38,076 nt of DNA from the IMG/VR virus record IMGVR_UViG_3300022750_000008, positions 1 through 38,076 of that record; one strand, 5' to 3'. Every line of letters begins with the position of its first letter. Position 1 is the stretch's first letter. Source of the DNA: a virus. The notes below the pieces were generated by a model that searched no databases, was not told where the DNA came from, and saw only the letters and a program-made list of their open reading frames with translations. Shown in pieces: positions 1-8,489 of the stretch. The position numbers and the translations under genes are program-made.

Positions 1-127
1 GTATCTGATTGGTAGTAGTTCGGTCTTTCTAAAGGCTCTTCTATTTCTTCATTAGAATATGCTTTTGTTTCCAAAATACGTTTTCTAGCTAAAGAAGCTA
101 CATCTAATTGCTTGGTATAAAGTTGTT
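1..127. repeat. Terminal direct repeat copy 1 (identical to 37950..38076); circularisation overlap
   Basis: First 127 nt recur base-for-base as the last 127 nt; the portal reading frame continues across the junction. Confidence 0.95.
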
Positions 128-410
128 TCAGTTCCTTTAATCCTTTTTTGTTCTGAACCTTATTAAGGTTTCCAGGGACGCTTGCAAATTTTCTGCTTAT
201 CTGGCTTATAACTGAAAAAACATCAGAGTTTTTGTTATATCCCTCATTTAGTATTACCTGGCCGTCATAATCATACTTAGTAAGCCCACCGCCTATATAC
301 CCAAGTAATGCCTTGTTGAATGTATTACCAACCTCTTGCTCGGTAAACAGTTTTTTTGGCGCAATAGCTAAAGCCAATGATGCCCTAAGTGATGTGAAGT
401 TGAATGCCAT
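1..410 (-). CDS. Portal protein, N-terminal segment (continues at 37949 after removal of the duplicated 127 nt)
   Basis: Minus-strand ATG at 410 (MAFNFTSLRASLALAIAPKK...) is open to nt 1. Its last residues (...LARKRILETKAYSNEEIEEPLERPNYYQSD) overlap the tracked ORF 36935..38023. Joined length is 1425 nt = 474 aa, adjacent to terminase. Confidence 0.9.
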   Translation of the reverse strand, partial: MAFNFTSLRASLALAIAPKKLFTEQEVGNTFNKALLGYIGGGLTKYDYDGQVILNEGYNKNSDVFSVISQISRKFASVPGNLNKVQNKKGLKELKQLYTKQLDVASLARKRILETKAYSNEEIEEPLERPNYYQSD

Positions 411-416
411 ATACTA

Positions 417-424
417 CAAATGTA
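417..424 (-). promoter_or_regulatory. -7-type promoter box TACATTTG, 6 nt upstream of the portal ATG
   Basis: Minus strand reads TTACATTTGtagtatATG and matches TAnnTTTG. Confidence 0.4.
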
Positions 425-436
425 ACATTTTGGATA

Positions 437-1639
437 TTAAAAAGTAAAGAAATTATTTTTGTTGCCTATCTGACTAAAAACCGCATACCTCATGGCATCT
501 ATACAATGATTAAACGCATCAACAGGTGTATTTGATTTTTTATCGCTCCAAACGTAGTTATTCAATTCCTTTATCAAATTTAAACTATCTGGATCTATTA
601 TCAGCTGAAAGTCTAGCAAAACTGCAATACCAGCTGTAATACTGCCCTGTCCTTTTATCGTTTCCTTTATATTTAATCCGTATTCCTTTATTTCGGTTAT
701 AAGTCTAGGCTCTGCGCTATCTGCATATATCAAAGATGTTTTTGCGTGAAACTTATTTAGGTTAGCTATTTCGGATGTGGTTAGCTTTGGTCTGCAATAG
801 CACTCTTTTACATAAATTTTCTTTGCATCAATATCGATAGCCGTTTCTATAAGCGTTGTTGGATCTATACTAAAACCAAAATCCTGACCGTAAACAGATA
901 TCAAAGAATTGTTAAATCCTCCAATCTGCCAATTATTGAATATTACTCCTTCGGCTTTATCTAGCCAACCACCCATTACAACGTGGTTATACTTGAACGG
1001 GTTTTTGTCTTTTAGCTGTTCGACCTGGAATATAAAAGAACTATCAAGATTATCTTTGTTATCTAGGTAGGTTGTGTGTATGTATGTTGTATTGCCTTTT
1101 TTTAATGTTTCTCCAGCGTTTATGCCGTTGCCCTCAAAATAGCGCTTAAAAACCCAATGCTCTTTTGTTGTAGGGTTCATTATTATTATAACTCTATTCT
1201 TAACCCCTTTTTGCCTAACAGAAAGATCAATTCTATCAAACGTAACCTCATCGGTTAATTCTTCAGCTTCATCAATAACAAGCGTGTTTATGCCCTGCAA
1301 AGACTTTAAATTTGCCGTATTGTCTTTACTTCCTGTTTGAATACCTCTAAAAAGAATTGAATTACCATTGACCTTATTTATTATTTCGGTCTTGGTTACA
1401 TCGAAAAGCTCTGAAAGTCCTAGTATTTCAATCTTCTCTTGAAATTCTGGAATGATAGAAAGGTATGCTGAAGTTAATGTTTTACGAAGGAATAGTATCT
1501 TTTGGTTTTCCTCTAGCATCAAAAGGCAAAGGAATGTATTTACACTAAATGATTTACCAGATCCCCTACCTCCTGTTATAATAAAATAACGGCTATCATC
1601 TGTTATTAGTGATTGATACTTTTTGTTGATAACCAGCAC
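437..1639 (-). CDS. terL: Terminase large subunit (PBSX/terminase_3-like)
   Basis: 400 aa with Walker A GGRGSGKS and Walker B LVIDEAEE. GTG start lies 1 nt after the upstream stop. Sits between small terminase and portal. Confidence 0.9.
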   Translation of the reverse strand: MLVINKKYQSLITDDSRYFIITGGRGSGKSFSVNTFLCLLMLEENQKILFLRKTLTSAYLSIIPEFQEKIEILGLSELFDVTKTEIINKVNGNSILFRGIQTGSKDNTANLKSLQGINTLVIDEAEELTDEVTFDRIDLSVRQKGVKNRVIIIMNPTTKEHWVFKRYFEGNGINAGETLKKGNTTYIHTTYLDNKDNLDSSFIFQVEQLKDKNPFKYNHVVMGGWLDKAEGVIFNNWQIGGFNNSLISVYGQDFGFSIDPTTLIETAIDIDAKKIYVKECYCRPKLTTSEIANLNKFHAKTSLIYADSAEPRLITEIKEYGLNIKETIKGQGSITAGIAVLLDFQLIIDPDSLNLIKELNNYVWSDKKSNTPVDAFNHCIDAMRYAVFSQIGNKNNFFTF

Positions 1640-1640
1640 A

Positions 1641-1904
1641 TTACTCGAATTTTACTAAGTCCTGTAGATTTATTCCGGTTAGGTGAACTTTACTATCGCT
1701 TTCGATATATTGTTTAGCTTTACCATAACGATATTCAAAGAATAATTTTAACGCATTAAAGTCGCCTTGCTCTAAAAGCATTTTAAGCTTATCTAAGGCA
1801 ATATCATCCATTGGCGATAGTTTCTCTATAAGCTTAATCTCTTCTATCTTAGGCTTACGCCCTGCGCCTTGCCTTGCCCCACCGTGATTGCTCTCGTTAT
1901 CCAT
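1641..1904 (-). CDS. Putative terminase small subunit / HTH DNA-binding protein
   Basis: 87 aa. N-terminal GGARQGAGRKPK motif is typical of phage small-terminase-like proteins. Abuts terL. Confidence 0.6.
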   Translation of the reverse strand: MDNESNHGGARQGAGRKPKIEEIKLIEKLSPMDDIALDKLKMLLEQGDFNALKLFFEYRYGKAKQYIESDSKVHLTGINLQDLVKFE

Positions 1905-1927
1905 TTGATAAATCTTGATTATTCAAC

Positions 1928-1958
1928 CAAAGTTACCAATTATTATTTAATATGCAAA
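1928..1958 (-). promoter_or_regulatory. Bacteroidota-type promoter: -33 TTTG (1958-1955), 19-nt spacer, -7 TAACTTTG (1935-1928)
   Basis: Read directly on the minus strand in the 200-bp gap upstream of the small terminase ATG (1904). Two further TAnnTTTG boxes lie at 1985-1992 and 2000-2007. Confidence 0.55.
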
Positions 1959-2104
1959 TTACCTACGCTCTATAAGAACAATAGCAAAGTTAAACAATCC
2001 AAAAGTATATGTTTGGTAACCTTTGTTACTTGAGCCAATAAAAATTAAAAACTTATCACCTCCATAATATTTAGACCAGCAGTTCCTAAAATGCACTCTG
2101 TATT

Positions 2105-2473
2105 TCATAATTCAATATTTAGTTCTTGGCCTGTTAAAGCGAAGTAAATGTTCTGTAGTTGGTGTAGGTATTGACAAGGAACATAAGAGTTACTAACTCT
2201 AAGAGTTTTATCTAAAAAAAAATAAGATAATTTATGATTTCCTTTATTTATTCTTACTTGAATACCGTACAGACCATTCCTTTTAAAAAACCCACACTTA
2301 AAAAGTATTTCTTCTGTAAGGGGGATGCCTGAACATTTTATTAATAACATTGTTTGTGGCTGAAGGTTTTTCTTTATAGCTCCAATTCTGTCTACTTGGA
2401 TATACCTAACTATTTTAAACTGCCCTTGATATAAAACCCAATTCCCAATCCTTAATTCGTTTGCTTCTATCAT
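2105..2473 (-). CDS. Hypothetical protein
   Basis: 122-aa ORF with ATG start, co-oriented with its neighbours; no motif recognised. Confidence 0.7.
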   Translation of the reverse strand: MIEANELRIGNWVLYQGQFKIVRYIQVDRIGAIKKNLQPQTMLLIKCSGIPLTEEILFKCGFFKRNGLYGIQVRINKGNHKLSYFFLDKTLRVSNSYVPCQYLHQLQNIYFALTGQELNIEL

Positions 2474-2494
2474 AATCTATCAGCGTTTAGGTCG

Positions 2495-2890
2495 CTACCC
2501 GTTTTTAAGTACCAAAGCTTCGATATAAGCAACTTGATTTGGTTTTGAACGAATTATATGAATAACATCCGGGTGTAGCCTTAGGTTTATCGGTTGCTTT
2601 GCATCTGGCTTTTTTGGTTGGCCTGGTTTGAGTTTGTTGTTAACGAATATAGCCCAATGTAAATTACCATCTAATTTTAATTTTTTAGCAGCAGATAATA
2701 TTTCATCGTCTTTGTTTTCCGACAAGATGCCAATTAAATCCCAGCCTTTTAATTCTTTAAATAACTTATCAGATTTTAAAATCCCATCAGAACTTAAAGA
2801 ACAAATAAACCCGTTAGTTACTGAAACTTCTTTTAACTCAAAAACTTTTGGAGGATTTATAAAAGCTATACTGTTTTTTAATTTTTTCAT
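2495..2890 (-). CDS. Hypothetical protein
   Basis: 131-aa ORF with ATG start and a 4-nt overlap with the upstream gene. Confidence 0.7.
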   Translation of the reverse strand: MKKLKNSIAFINPPKVFELKEVSVTNGFICSLSSDGILKSDKLFKELKGWDLIGILSENKDDEILSAAKKLKLDGNLHWAIFVNNKLKPGQPKKPDAKQPINLRLHPDVIHIIRSKPNQVAYIEALVLKNG

Positions 2891-3201
2891 TTTATTAATT
2901 TAAATATTATACTATTCCAAAAACCGCCATTATTTGTTGCGTAAGCGTTACCGTGTGTTATATTTTCTTCTGAAATTTCAAAACCTTCTTTTCTTATAAG
3001 CTTTAATATTTTATAAAACTCTCTATAAGTTTTCATTGTTGAATGAGTTGAACCGCATGAACTTCTATATCCAACTTCAACAGATCCATTTTTAAAAAGG
3101 TTATCAAAGTTATTTTTAATGTTATTAGCATCATATCCAACTAATACGTTCAGCTTTTGATCTGCTGAACGTATTTTATCTTTTATATTATTGCTTAGCA
3201 T
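2887..3201 (-). CDS. Hypothetical protein
   Basis: 104-aa ORF with ATG start, overlapping both neighbours. Confidence 0.7.
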   Translation of the reverse strand: MLSNNIKDKIRSADQKLNVLVGYDANNIKNNFDNLFKNGSVEVGYRSSCGSTHSTMKTYREFYKILKLIRKEGFEISEENITHGNAYATNNGGFWNSIIFKLIK

Positions 3202-3395
3202 ACTGTTTTAACTATTGATGAACAAATTTTGCAAGTATATTCTTTGTTTAATTTTAATGTTAGTTCTTTTTTAGCACCTTCAACTTCTTCTTGTGAATAA
3301 ACTAAAAAAGTTGCTTTTCTTGTTAGTGATTGAGAGCAGATAGAGCAGTAAACTGTTTTCTTTGATTTTAATTGTCCTATAGGTTGAGTTGTCAT
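3195..3395 (-). CDS. Small zinc-ribbon-like protein
   Basis: Two CxxC pairs (CSICS ... CKICS). The tracked ORF begins at a TTG at 3449; the first ATG (MTTQPIGQ...) is at 3395. Confidence 0.6.
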   Translation of the reverse strand: MTTQPIGQLKSKKTVYCSICSQSLTRKATFLVYSQEEVEGAKKELTLKLNKEYTCKICSSIVKTVC

Positions 3396-3513
3396 AATTT
3401 TTTGTTTTTGATTATGATATAAAGATAGGAATAATAATTGTATTGTCAAGTATTATTTAAATTTGTATCACTCATGTTACATTTTAAGTTTATCTATTGC
3501 CTGTTGCATGAGG

Positions 3514-3852
3514 TTAAACTTCCATAATATCAATTCCATGAAAGGCTTTCATCATTTTCTTTTTAAGATTGTAAATAGGCAATTTCATACCTTTTACATC
3601 AACTACCTTAGTCCCTAATGTTTTCCATTCAATAACGAAATCGGCAACGTATGTGCCTATTTTAACTCCGTTCAATTCAAAGTTATACCTAACCTGTCTT
3701 TGAAATGCAAGCACATCACCAGACTTTAAAAGAAGTTTTAATTTACCATAATAGGCAGCTTCTTTTTTACTATCGAAAGTAATCCCATCTATAACTGTTT
3801 TTACATTTCGGTACTTCATCCGCTTTGGAATGATAAAATTTAATTCGCTCAT
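3514..3852 (-). CDS. DUF1064-like PD-(D/E)XK nuclease (putative junction-resolving enzyme)
   Basis: 112 aa. KYRNVKTVIDGITFDSKKEAAYY ... ADFVIEW ... VVDVKG matches the DUF1064 pattern with a D...D-x-K catalytic arrangement. Confidence 0.7.
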   Translation of the reverse strand: MSELNFIIPKRMKYRNVKTVIDGITFDSKKEAAYYGKLKLLLKSGDVLAFQRQVRYNFELNGVKIGTYVADFVIEWKTLGTKVVDVKGMKLPIYNLKKKMMKAFHGIDIMEV

Positions 3853-4193
3853 TTCAGTAGATATAATTCTGGTGATGATAATATTTCTTCTGACCTTAAA
3901 TTTATCTCGTCCATTTGTGATTTTGTTAAATAACTTTTTGCAACGTGTATAAACATTTTTGTTCTAACATATTCAACGCTAGTTTTCAGTAATCCAATTT
4001 CTGATTTAATTTTAGAAAGCCTTAACCCCTGGCTAAAATAACTCGAATTATCGCCTAGTATTCTTTCTCTTTCAATTTTTTCAATAAGTTCAATTCTTTC
4101 TTTTGTTAATTGATATATCTTATCATAAACTGGTTTTGCTTTATCTAAGTCGGTAATCAAACCAAAGTTTTCTAATTCTTTCCTATTTTCCAT
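3849..4193 (-). CDS. Hypothetical protein (coiled-coil-rich)
   Basis: 114-aa ORF with ATG start and a 4-nt overlap with the downstream gene. Confidence 0.65.
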   Translation of the reverse strand: MENRKELENFGLITDLDKAKPVYDKIYQLTKERIELIEKIERERILGDNSSYFSQGLRLSKIKSEIGLLKTSVEYVRTKMFIHVAKSYLTKSQMDEINLRSEEILSSPELYLLK

Positions 4194-4266
4194 TTTGCTT
4201 TTTTAAGTTGCTGATATTCGGCCCAACTGTAACCTTTTACAATGCCGGACTTTTTGTAAATTCTAA

Positions 4267-5055
4267 TCATTTTTCAAATATTGTTTCTATTGGAGTTTCA
4301 TCCATAATTAAACCTCTAAAGTAATCATCAACTATAAGTCGTTTTGAAATCGAAATAATACGATCCTTTTTTTCTCCAGATTGAAAAAGTTCTAAATCTT
4401 TTTTAAGTCTATTTCGCTCCGGCATATCCAAAGGATTGGCAATTGCTTTAGTTAGATATTCCAAATATTCCTCTTTGGCCTGTTTCCAATAATCGTTTTT
4501 TTCTGACTGCTCCAATTCGATTAACTTTATGGATGTAAGGAAATCGTAAACAACACCGCCAAAACTTCCAACCGTTCCATTTCTTTGCAGTTCACTAAAA
4601 GCCTTTAAAGCGTTTGATTTGCATAGTTCATATATTTCATCATCAGATGGTTTCATTTTTTCCTGTTTAGCTGGTAATGTTAATTTAATTCTGCTTTCTT
4701 CTTTTAGGTATGCTTTTACGAATTGAATAATCGTAATCATTGAAATACCTTTAAAATCGCCATAATCACCGATTAAGCCACGACTGATAGCAATTGAAAG
4801 TTCTTCTTCACGCAATGAGCCAAACTTATTTTTGATGGCTTTCATTGTTTCTTCAATAATTATTTCAATTTCAAAAAGCTCTGGCATTTCGTAACGAGCC
4901 GTTATATAAGCTTTAACAATTGCGTTTTTAACAATCGGGTAAGCATCTTTTTGATCGATAACCGAAAATAAACGTGTTTGCAATGCTAATTTAATTTCGT
5001 TATCCCTACTTGGAACTATTGCATTTTCTGATTTATAAAGTTGGATTTCCATCAT
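4267..5055 (-). CDS. Hypothetical protein of the replication module
   Basis: 262-aa ORF overlapping the organiser-like gene by 23 nt; no NTPase motif seen. Confidence 0.65.
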   Translation of the reverse strand: MMEIQLYKSENAIVPSRDNEIKLALQTRLFSVIDQKDAYPIVKNAIVKAYITARYEMPELFEIEIIIEETMKAIKNKFGSLREEELSIAISRGLIGDYGDFKGISMITIIQFVKAYLKEESRIKLTLPAKQEKMKPSDDEIYELCKSNALKAFSELQRNGTVGSFGGVVYDFLTSIKLIELEQSEKNDYWKQAKEEYLEYLTKAIANPLDMPERNRLKKDLELFQSGEKKDRIISISKRLIVDDYFRGLIMDETPIETIFEK

Positions 5056-5863
5056 CGTAAGGATTTTTAATACTGTTGTAAATATCGGCTGTTCTTTGAC
5101 CTTTTGATGTTGCCGATTTTTTAATTTTATTTAATTTTTCTTCCCAATTTTCAGAGTTCCAAGCTGCGTTTTGAAATTGCATTGCTGGCGTTCCCAAATA
5201 TCCCGTAAAATTATGGATTGTTTCTTTACTTAATTTTTTGTATTCCTGATAATTTGAAAATTGATTTTTAAAATGCGCAACATCATCTTCATTTTTCATT
5301 TGGGTATTTACGAACTGAAATATTTGTTTTTGGCTATTGGCAAATCTCATTTCGGTAAATCCATAATGGATAACTAAAGCATCTATCAAATCAGATTTTA
5401 AAGAAGTAAAAGCAAAATCATTTTCTTTACTTTCCTCTACTATAATCTTATCTTCTTTACTCTTCTCTATATTGGTTTCATTTGGGTTAACGAAATTTAA
5501 CCCATTCGGTTTATTTTCGGTTTCATTTGGCTTATCCTCTCGCTTTGGTCTACCGCCTTTCTTACCATTAATAGCATTAACCATCTTTTGTGTTTCCTTA
5601 GATGCCCATTGCTCGTTCAAGAAACTGATACTAAGATATTCTCCATCAACTTTTATTATCTCTAATTCAATTAATTCTTTTATTAAAGGAAAATGATGAG
5701 TATATTTTTTCATTACAGCCGCTATCTTTAGATCGCAATCTTTAGACCAATAAAAAGCACATAGGTTATAGAATATACCTTGAAGCTCGTAACGCTCCAA
5801 ATATATATCCCCTGTCATAAAAGACATGACCTCGAATTTATAATATGGAAGTTCTTTAGCCAT
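5033..5863 (-). CDS. Replisome-organiser / replication-initiation-like protein (DUF4373/DUF1376-like N-terminus)
   Basis: The N-terminus resembles phage replication-organiser N-domains. A basic KKGGRPKR linker follows, and internal DNA repeats sit inside the gene. Confidence 0.5.
   Translation of the reverse strand: MAKELPYYKFEVMSFMTGDIYLERYELQGIFYNLCAFYWSKDCDLKIAAVMKKYTHHFPLIKELIELEIIKVDGEYLSISFLNEQWASKETQKMVNAINGKKGGRPKREDKPNETENKPNGLNFVNPNETNIEKSKEDKIIVEESKENDFAFTSLKSDLIDALVIHYGFTEMRFANSQKQIFQFVNTQMKNEDDVAHFKNQFSNYQEYKKLSKETIHNFTGYLGTPAMQFQNAAWNSENWEEKLNKIKKSATSKGQRTADIYNSIKNPYDDGNPTL
5474..5530. repeat. Direct repeats GGTTTCATTTGG x2 (5474-5485, 5519-5530) plus degenerate TCGGTTT copies; iteron-like
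   Basis: Exact 12-mer repeated 45 bp apart inside the organiser-like gene; it encodes the (K/N)PNET peptide repeats. Confidence 0.45.
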
Positions 5864-6596
5864 TTTTTGGAGTTATTATAATTTCACTTGATTTTTTACT
5901 TTTATTCATTCCATAACTCCATTCTGCAATTTCAATGTTACAATCTTTATATAATTCTCTTATATATTTACAATCGTTGTAGGTTAAAATGAAATTACCT
6001 CTTTTTAATAGAATAATAGAAAGCAATTTATGATTAAAATATTTGTGCATATCCCCTTTATTACCATAAAGATTATTCTCAATATAATATGGTGGATCTG
6101 CAAATACTAAGCAATCATGTTGATCTATTGATAATTCAAAAGGAAAATATTTAACATTTATATCAGTTTTAAAACTTAGCAGATAATCTAATGATCTTTT
6201 ATTAAATCTAGGTGTATTAGGTGACATTCCACCGCTAAAAGTTGACCCGCTAAAGCTACTTCTATTTATCGCATAAAACATCGCCGCCATTCTAACATTA
6301 GACATATCCATTATATTTTTTTGTATATAATTAAAATTATCTTTTGTCATTGGATAAAATCTTTCTACGTTGGAATGCAATAAAAATCTATCATTTCTCA
6401 AATATTGCCAAAAACTAACTAAAGGCTCGAAGTTATCATAAGCATAAACTTTAATTCCCTTATCTTCTAAAAAAAGTTCAAAAGACCCGCCACCAAAAAA
6501 AGGACTGCAAATTTCCTTTGTGCCTTCTGGTATATATTTTTCTAATATTTTAATTGCTCTAGTTTTACCGCCAGGGTAACGTAATGGAGATTTCAT
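5856..6596 (-). CDS. dam: DNA adenine methyltransferase, D12 class (Dam-like)
   Basis: 246 aa. Contains LRYPGGK, FFGGGSFE (AdoMet site) and the catalytic DPPY motif, in the Dam order. Confidence 0.9.
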   Translation of the reverse strand: MKSPLRYPGGKTRAIKILEKYIPEGTKEICSPFFGGGSFELFLEDKGIKVYAYDNFEPLVSFWQYLRNDRFLLHSNVERFYPMTKDNFNYIQKNIMDMSNVRMAAMFYAINRSSFSGSTFSGGMSPNTPRFNKRSLDYLLSFKTDINVKYFPFELSIDQHDCLVFADPPYYIENNLYGNKGDMHKYFNHKLLSIILLKRGNFILTYNDCKYIRELYKDCNIEIAEWSYGMNKSKKSSEIIITPKNG

Positions 6597-6608
6597 ACAA
6601 AATAAAAA

Positions 6609-6656
6609 ACCCTTTGTCGAGCCCAGCGGTAGTAGACGCCGAACCCAACAAAGGGT
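6609..6656 (-). terminator. GC-rich stem-loop (9-bp stem ACCCTTTGT/ACAAAGGGT, 30-nt loop) followed by a T-run on the minus strand
   Basis: Inverted repeat at 6609-6617 / 6648-6656. The minus strand continues TTTTTATTTT immediately before the dam ATG. Confidence 0.45.
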
Positions 6657-6713
6657 GAAAATGTTTTTAAATACGGCTACTACTCCGTTTGAATTATAAA
6701 ACTAAGATACAAA

Positions 6714-6923
6714 TTATTCTTTAGATAACCAATATAATTTAAATCTTTTTCCGTTGTTTTCTCGCCACTCTGATTTAATATCCAATCCCTCACGAATAAG
6801 CTGCGTTACGTAAACTCTTAGCTCTGAAGTATTGCAAATTGATATTGCGCTCACTACGGTTAAACGTAGGCCATTTTTAAAAGCCTGGCGTACTTTTGAT
6901 AGGTTAGTTTCCTGTTGTTTCAT
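6714..6923 (-). CDS. Small winged-HTH protein (HTH_39-like pattern)
   Basis: 69 aa. NGLRLTVVSAISICNTSELRVYVTQLIREGLDI...KRFKLYWL fits the pattern of small phage HTH proteins. Confidence 0.5.
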   Translation of the reverse strand: MKQQETNLSKVRQAFKNGLRLTVVSAISICNTSELRVYVTQLIREGLDIKSEWRENNGKRFKLYWLSKE

Positions 6924-7348
6924 AATCCTGATAGTTTTCTTAATTTTTGTTTAGCTAAATCAATTTTATAAGGTGATTTTGATGTTTCACAGAATTTAAT
7001 CAGTTCGCGCATTTTTTCAACCGTTCTTGATACGTATTCCTTTCGCCTGTAATTACCTCTTTTAAGGTTATATTTTTGGCGATATGAATTAATCGAACTT
7101 GCTTTTCTGTTAATCTTTAAAGCTATTTCTTTATCTGTTAAAATATGATAATTGGCCCTTATAAACTCATGTTGCTCTGTTGTGAAAGGAATGTTAGGAT
7201 TGCATCTTAAAAGGTTTTTCTTGCTACGTATATTTTGTATAGTGCAAGATGATCGATTTAAATGTTTAGCAATTTCCTCATCATTCATTGATAGGTAATT
7301 GTTCTTAACAAATTCTATATCTTCATCGGTAATAGGTCTGCCATTCAT
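6920..7348 (-). CDS. DNA-binding protein with two tandem HTH-like repeats
   Basis: Two ~43-aa repeats: ITDEDIEFVKNNYLSMNDEEIAKHLNRSSCTIQNIRSKKNLLR and FTTEQHEFIRANYHILTDKEIALKINRKASSINSYRQKYNLKR. Confidence 0.55.
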   Translation of the reverse strand: MNGRPITDEDIEFVKNNYLSMNDEEIAKHLNRSSCTIQNIRSKKNLLRCNPNIPFTTEQHEFIRANYHILTDKEIALKINRKASSINSYRQKYNLKRGNYRRKEYVSRTVEKMRELIKFCETSKSPYKIDLAKQKLRKLSGL

Positions 7349-7587
7349 CCCTTTTTAATTTTAAACCCCGAACTATGGTGTATTGTTAATTTAATTATTT
7401 TGCAATCTGTTTTAATGCCGTGTTTGGATAGTATTCTACCGTGTTTGGCTAGAGTTAGTAACGGATCATAAACTTCATCGTAATCAATCGATAGACTAAT
7501 CCGTTTTAAAGTATGCCGGATTGGTTTCTTTTCAATCGTTTCTAACTCCAGATCGCAGTAAACTATTTCGCCTGGTTGGATTAGCAT
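7345..7587 (-). CDS. Hypothetical protein
   Basis: 80-aa ORF with ATG start, overlapping both neighbours. Confidence 0.6.
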   Translation of the reverse strand: MLIQPGEIVYCDLELETIEKKPIRHTLKRISLSIDYDEVYDPLLTLAKHGRILSKHGIKTDCKIIKLTIHHSSGFKIKKG

Positions 7588-8489
7588 AGCTGTTTGGCTT
7601 GTAAATCATTATGAATTTTAGCTAGATATTCACGACCAGCTATAACATATTTTTCAATCTTTGCAGGATATTCATCAGACCATTCAACTTCGTATTCCAA
7701 AAGTCTTTTACGATAATCTATATCATCATATGTCATTGCCTTCCTAACTTCCAACTGGCAATCAATAAAGTTTTTATCATTTTCTATTGGTTGCCCTAAT
7801 TTATACCACAACCTTTTTATTTCGGCTTCAATCAAAGGCTCTGGAGTGTTTACAAGACAATAAGCAATTGACCCTAATCTTGCGCCTGTTAACCATTGGT
7901 AGCCTATTGACTGCCAAAAATAAAGCCTTATTAGTTCTTTTGTAAATGTTCTGTAGAAACTATAAACATCCCAACTTGCCTTTACATCTGGTATTTTAGT
8001 TGCCGTTTGAATTGTTTCGCCATACCACATATCTGGAGTTCCCATTATAAAAGCGTTTTTCAAATGCTCTTCGTTCTTTCTGAACATCTGTTTTTTGATA
8101 CGGGAATAAAGCGTTATTGCATCTTCCTCTACTGCTAATCCCTTTTTGATGTACTTGTTTTCAATATCGGTATTTCTGCCTGTTGTTATTGAAACATACA
8201 AATCCATCAGATGGGTTTTTGCTCCCTCAGAAAGAGTTATTTCATCTTTAATAGCAAATAGTTCGCTTTCTAGTTTTCCGGCGTTTATAACGGCTTCATT
8301 TTTCTTTTGCCAATTTTTAGAAACAGTTTCACCATCCTTGTTGAATTTCTGCATTGTGTTTAATTCTTCAAGCAATTTTGAGTAATTAGCTTTTGCATCA
8401 ACCCATTTTTGATAGTTTGATTTTTCTCTTGTTTCAGACATTAGATGCCCCAACGATGAGCATCTAAAAAGTAGTTTTGAAAAATCCAT
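7581..8489 (-). CDS. PD-(D/E)XK exonuclease (YqaJ/lambda-Exo-like recombination nuclease)
   Basis: 302 aa. GTPDMWYGE...(11 aa)...IPDVKAS gives the D...D-x-K arrangement. Lies directly downstream of the annealing-protein candidate. Confidence 0.6.
   Translation of the reverse strand: MDFSKLLFRCSSLGHLMSETREKSNYQKWVDAKANYSKLLEELNTMQKFNKDGETVSKNWQKKNEAVINAGKLESELFAIKDEITLSEGAKTHLMDLYVSITTGRNTDIENKYIKKGLAVEEDAITLYSRIKKQMFRKNEEHLKNAFIMGTPDMWYGETIQTATKIPDVKASWDVYSFYRTFTKELIRLYFWQSIGYQWLTGARLGSIAYCLVNTPEPLIEAEIKRLWYKLGQPIENDKNFIDCQLEVRKAMTYDDIDYRKRLLEYEVEWSDEYPAKIEKYVIAGREYLAKIHNDLQAKQLC

Noticed and set aside
1-127. The terminal 127-nt repeats as a biological direct terminal repeat or LTR-like element
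   Set aside because: The repeat lies in the middle of the portal coding sequence, which reads seamlessly across the junction. Its length equals the maximum assembler k-mer size. A circularisation overlap is the simpler explanation, but only read data can settle it.
2628-2903. Plus-strand 91-aa ORF
   Set aside because: It lies entirely antisense to the co-linear minus-strand gene 2495..2890 and has a low-complexity sequence. It is a shadow ORF.
5472-5696. Plus-strand 74-aa ORF
   Set aside because: It is antisense inside the organiser-like gene and dominated by F/L/S codons from the repeat region. It is a shadow ORF. The same reasoning applies to 8146..8385, 9682..9873, 10955..11140 and 11007..11222.
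6609-6656. The GC-rich element as a tRNA or tRNA fragment
   Set aside because: It is only 48 nt with a single stem, and has no cloverleaf arms or anticodon-loop geometry.
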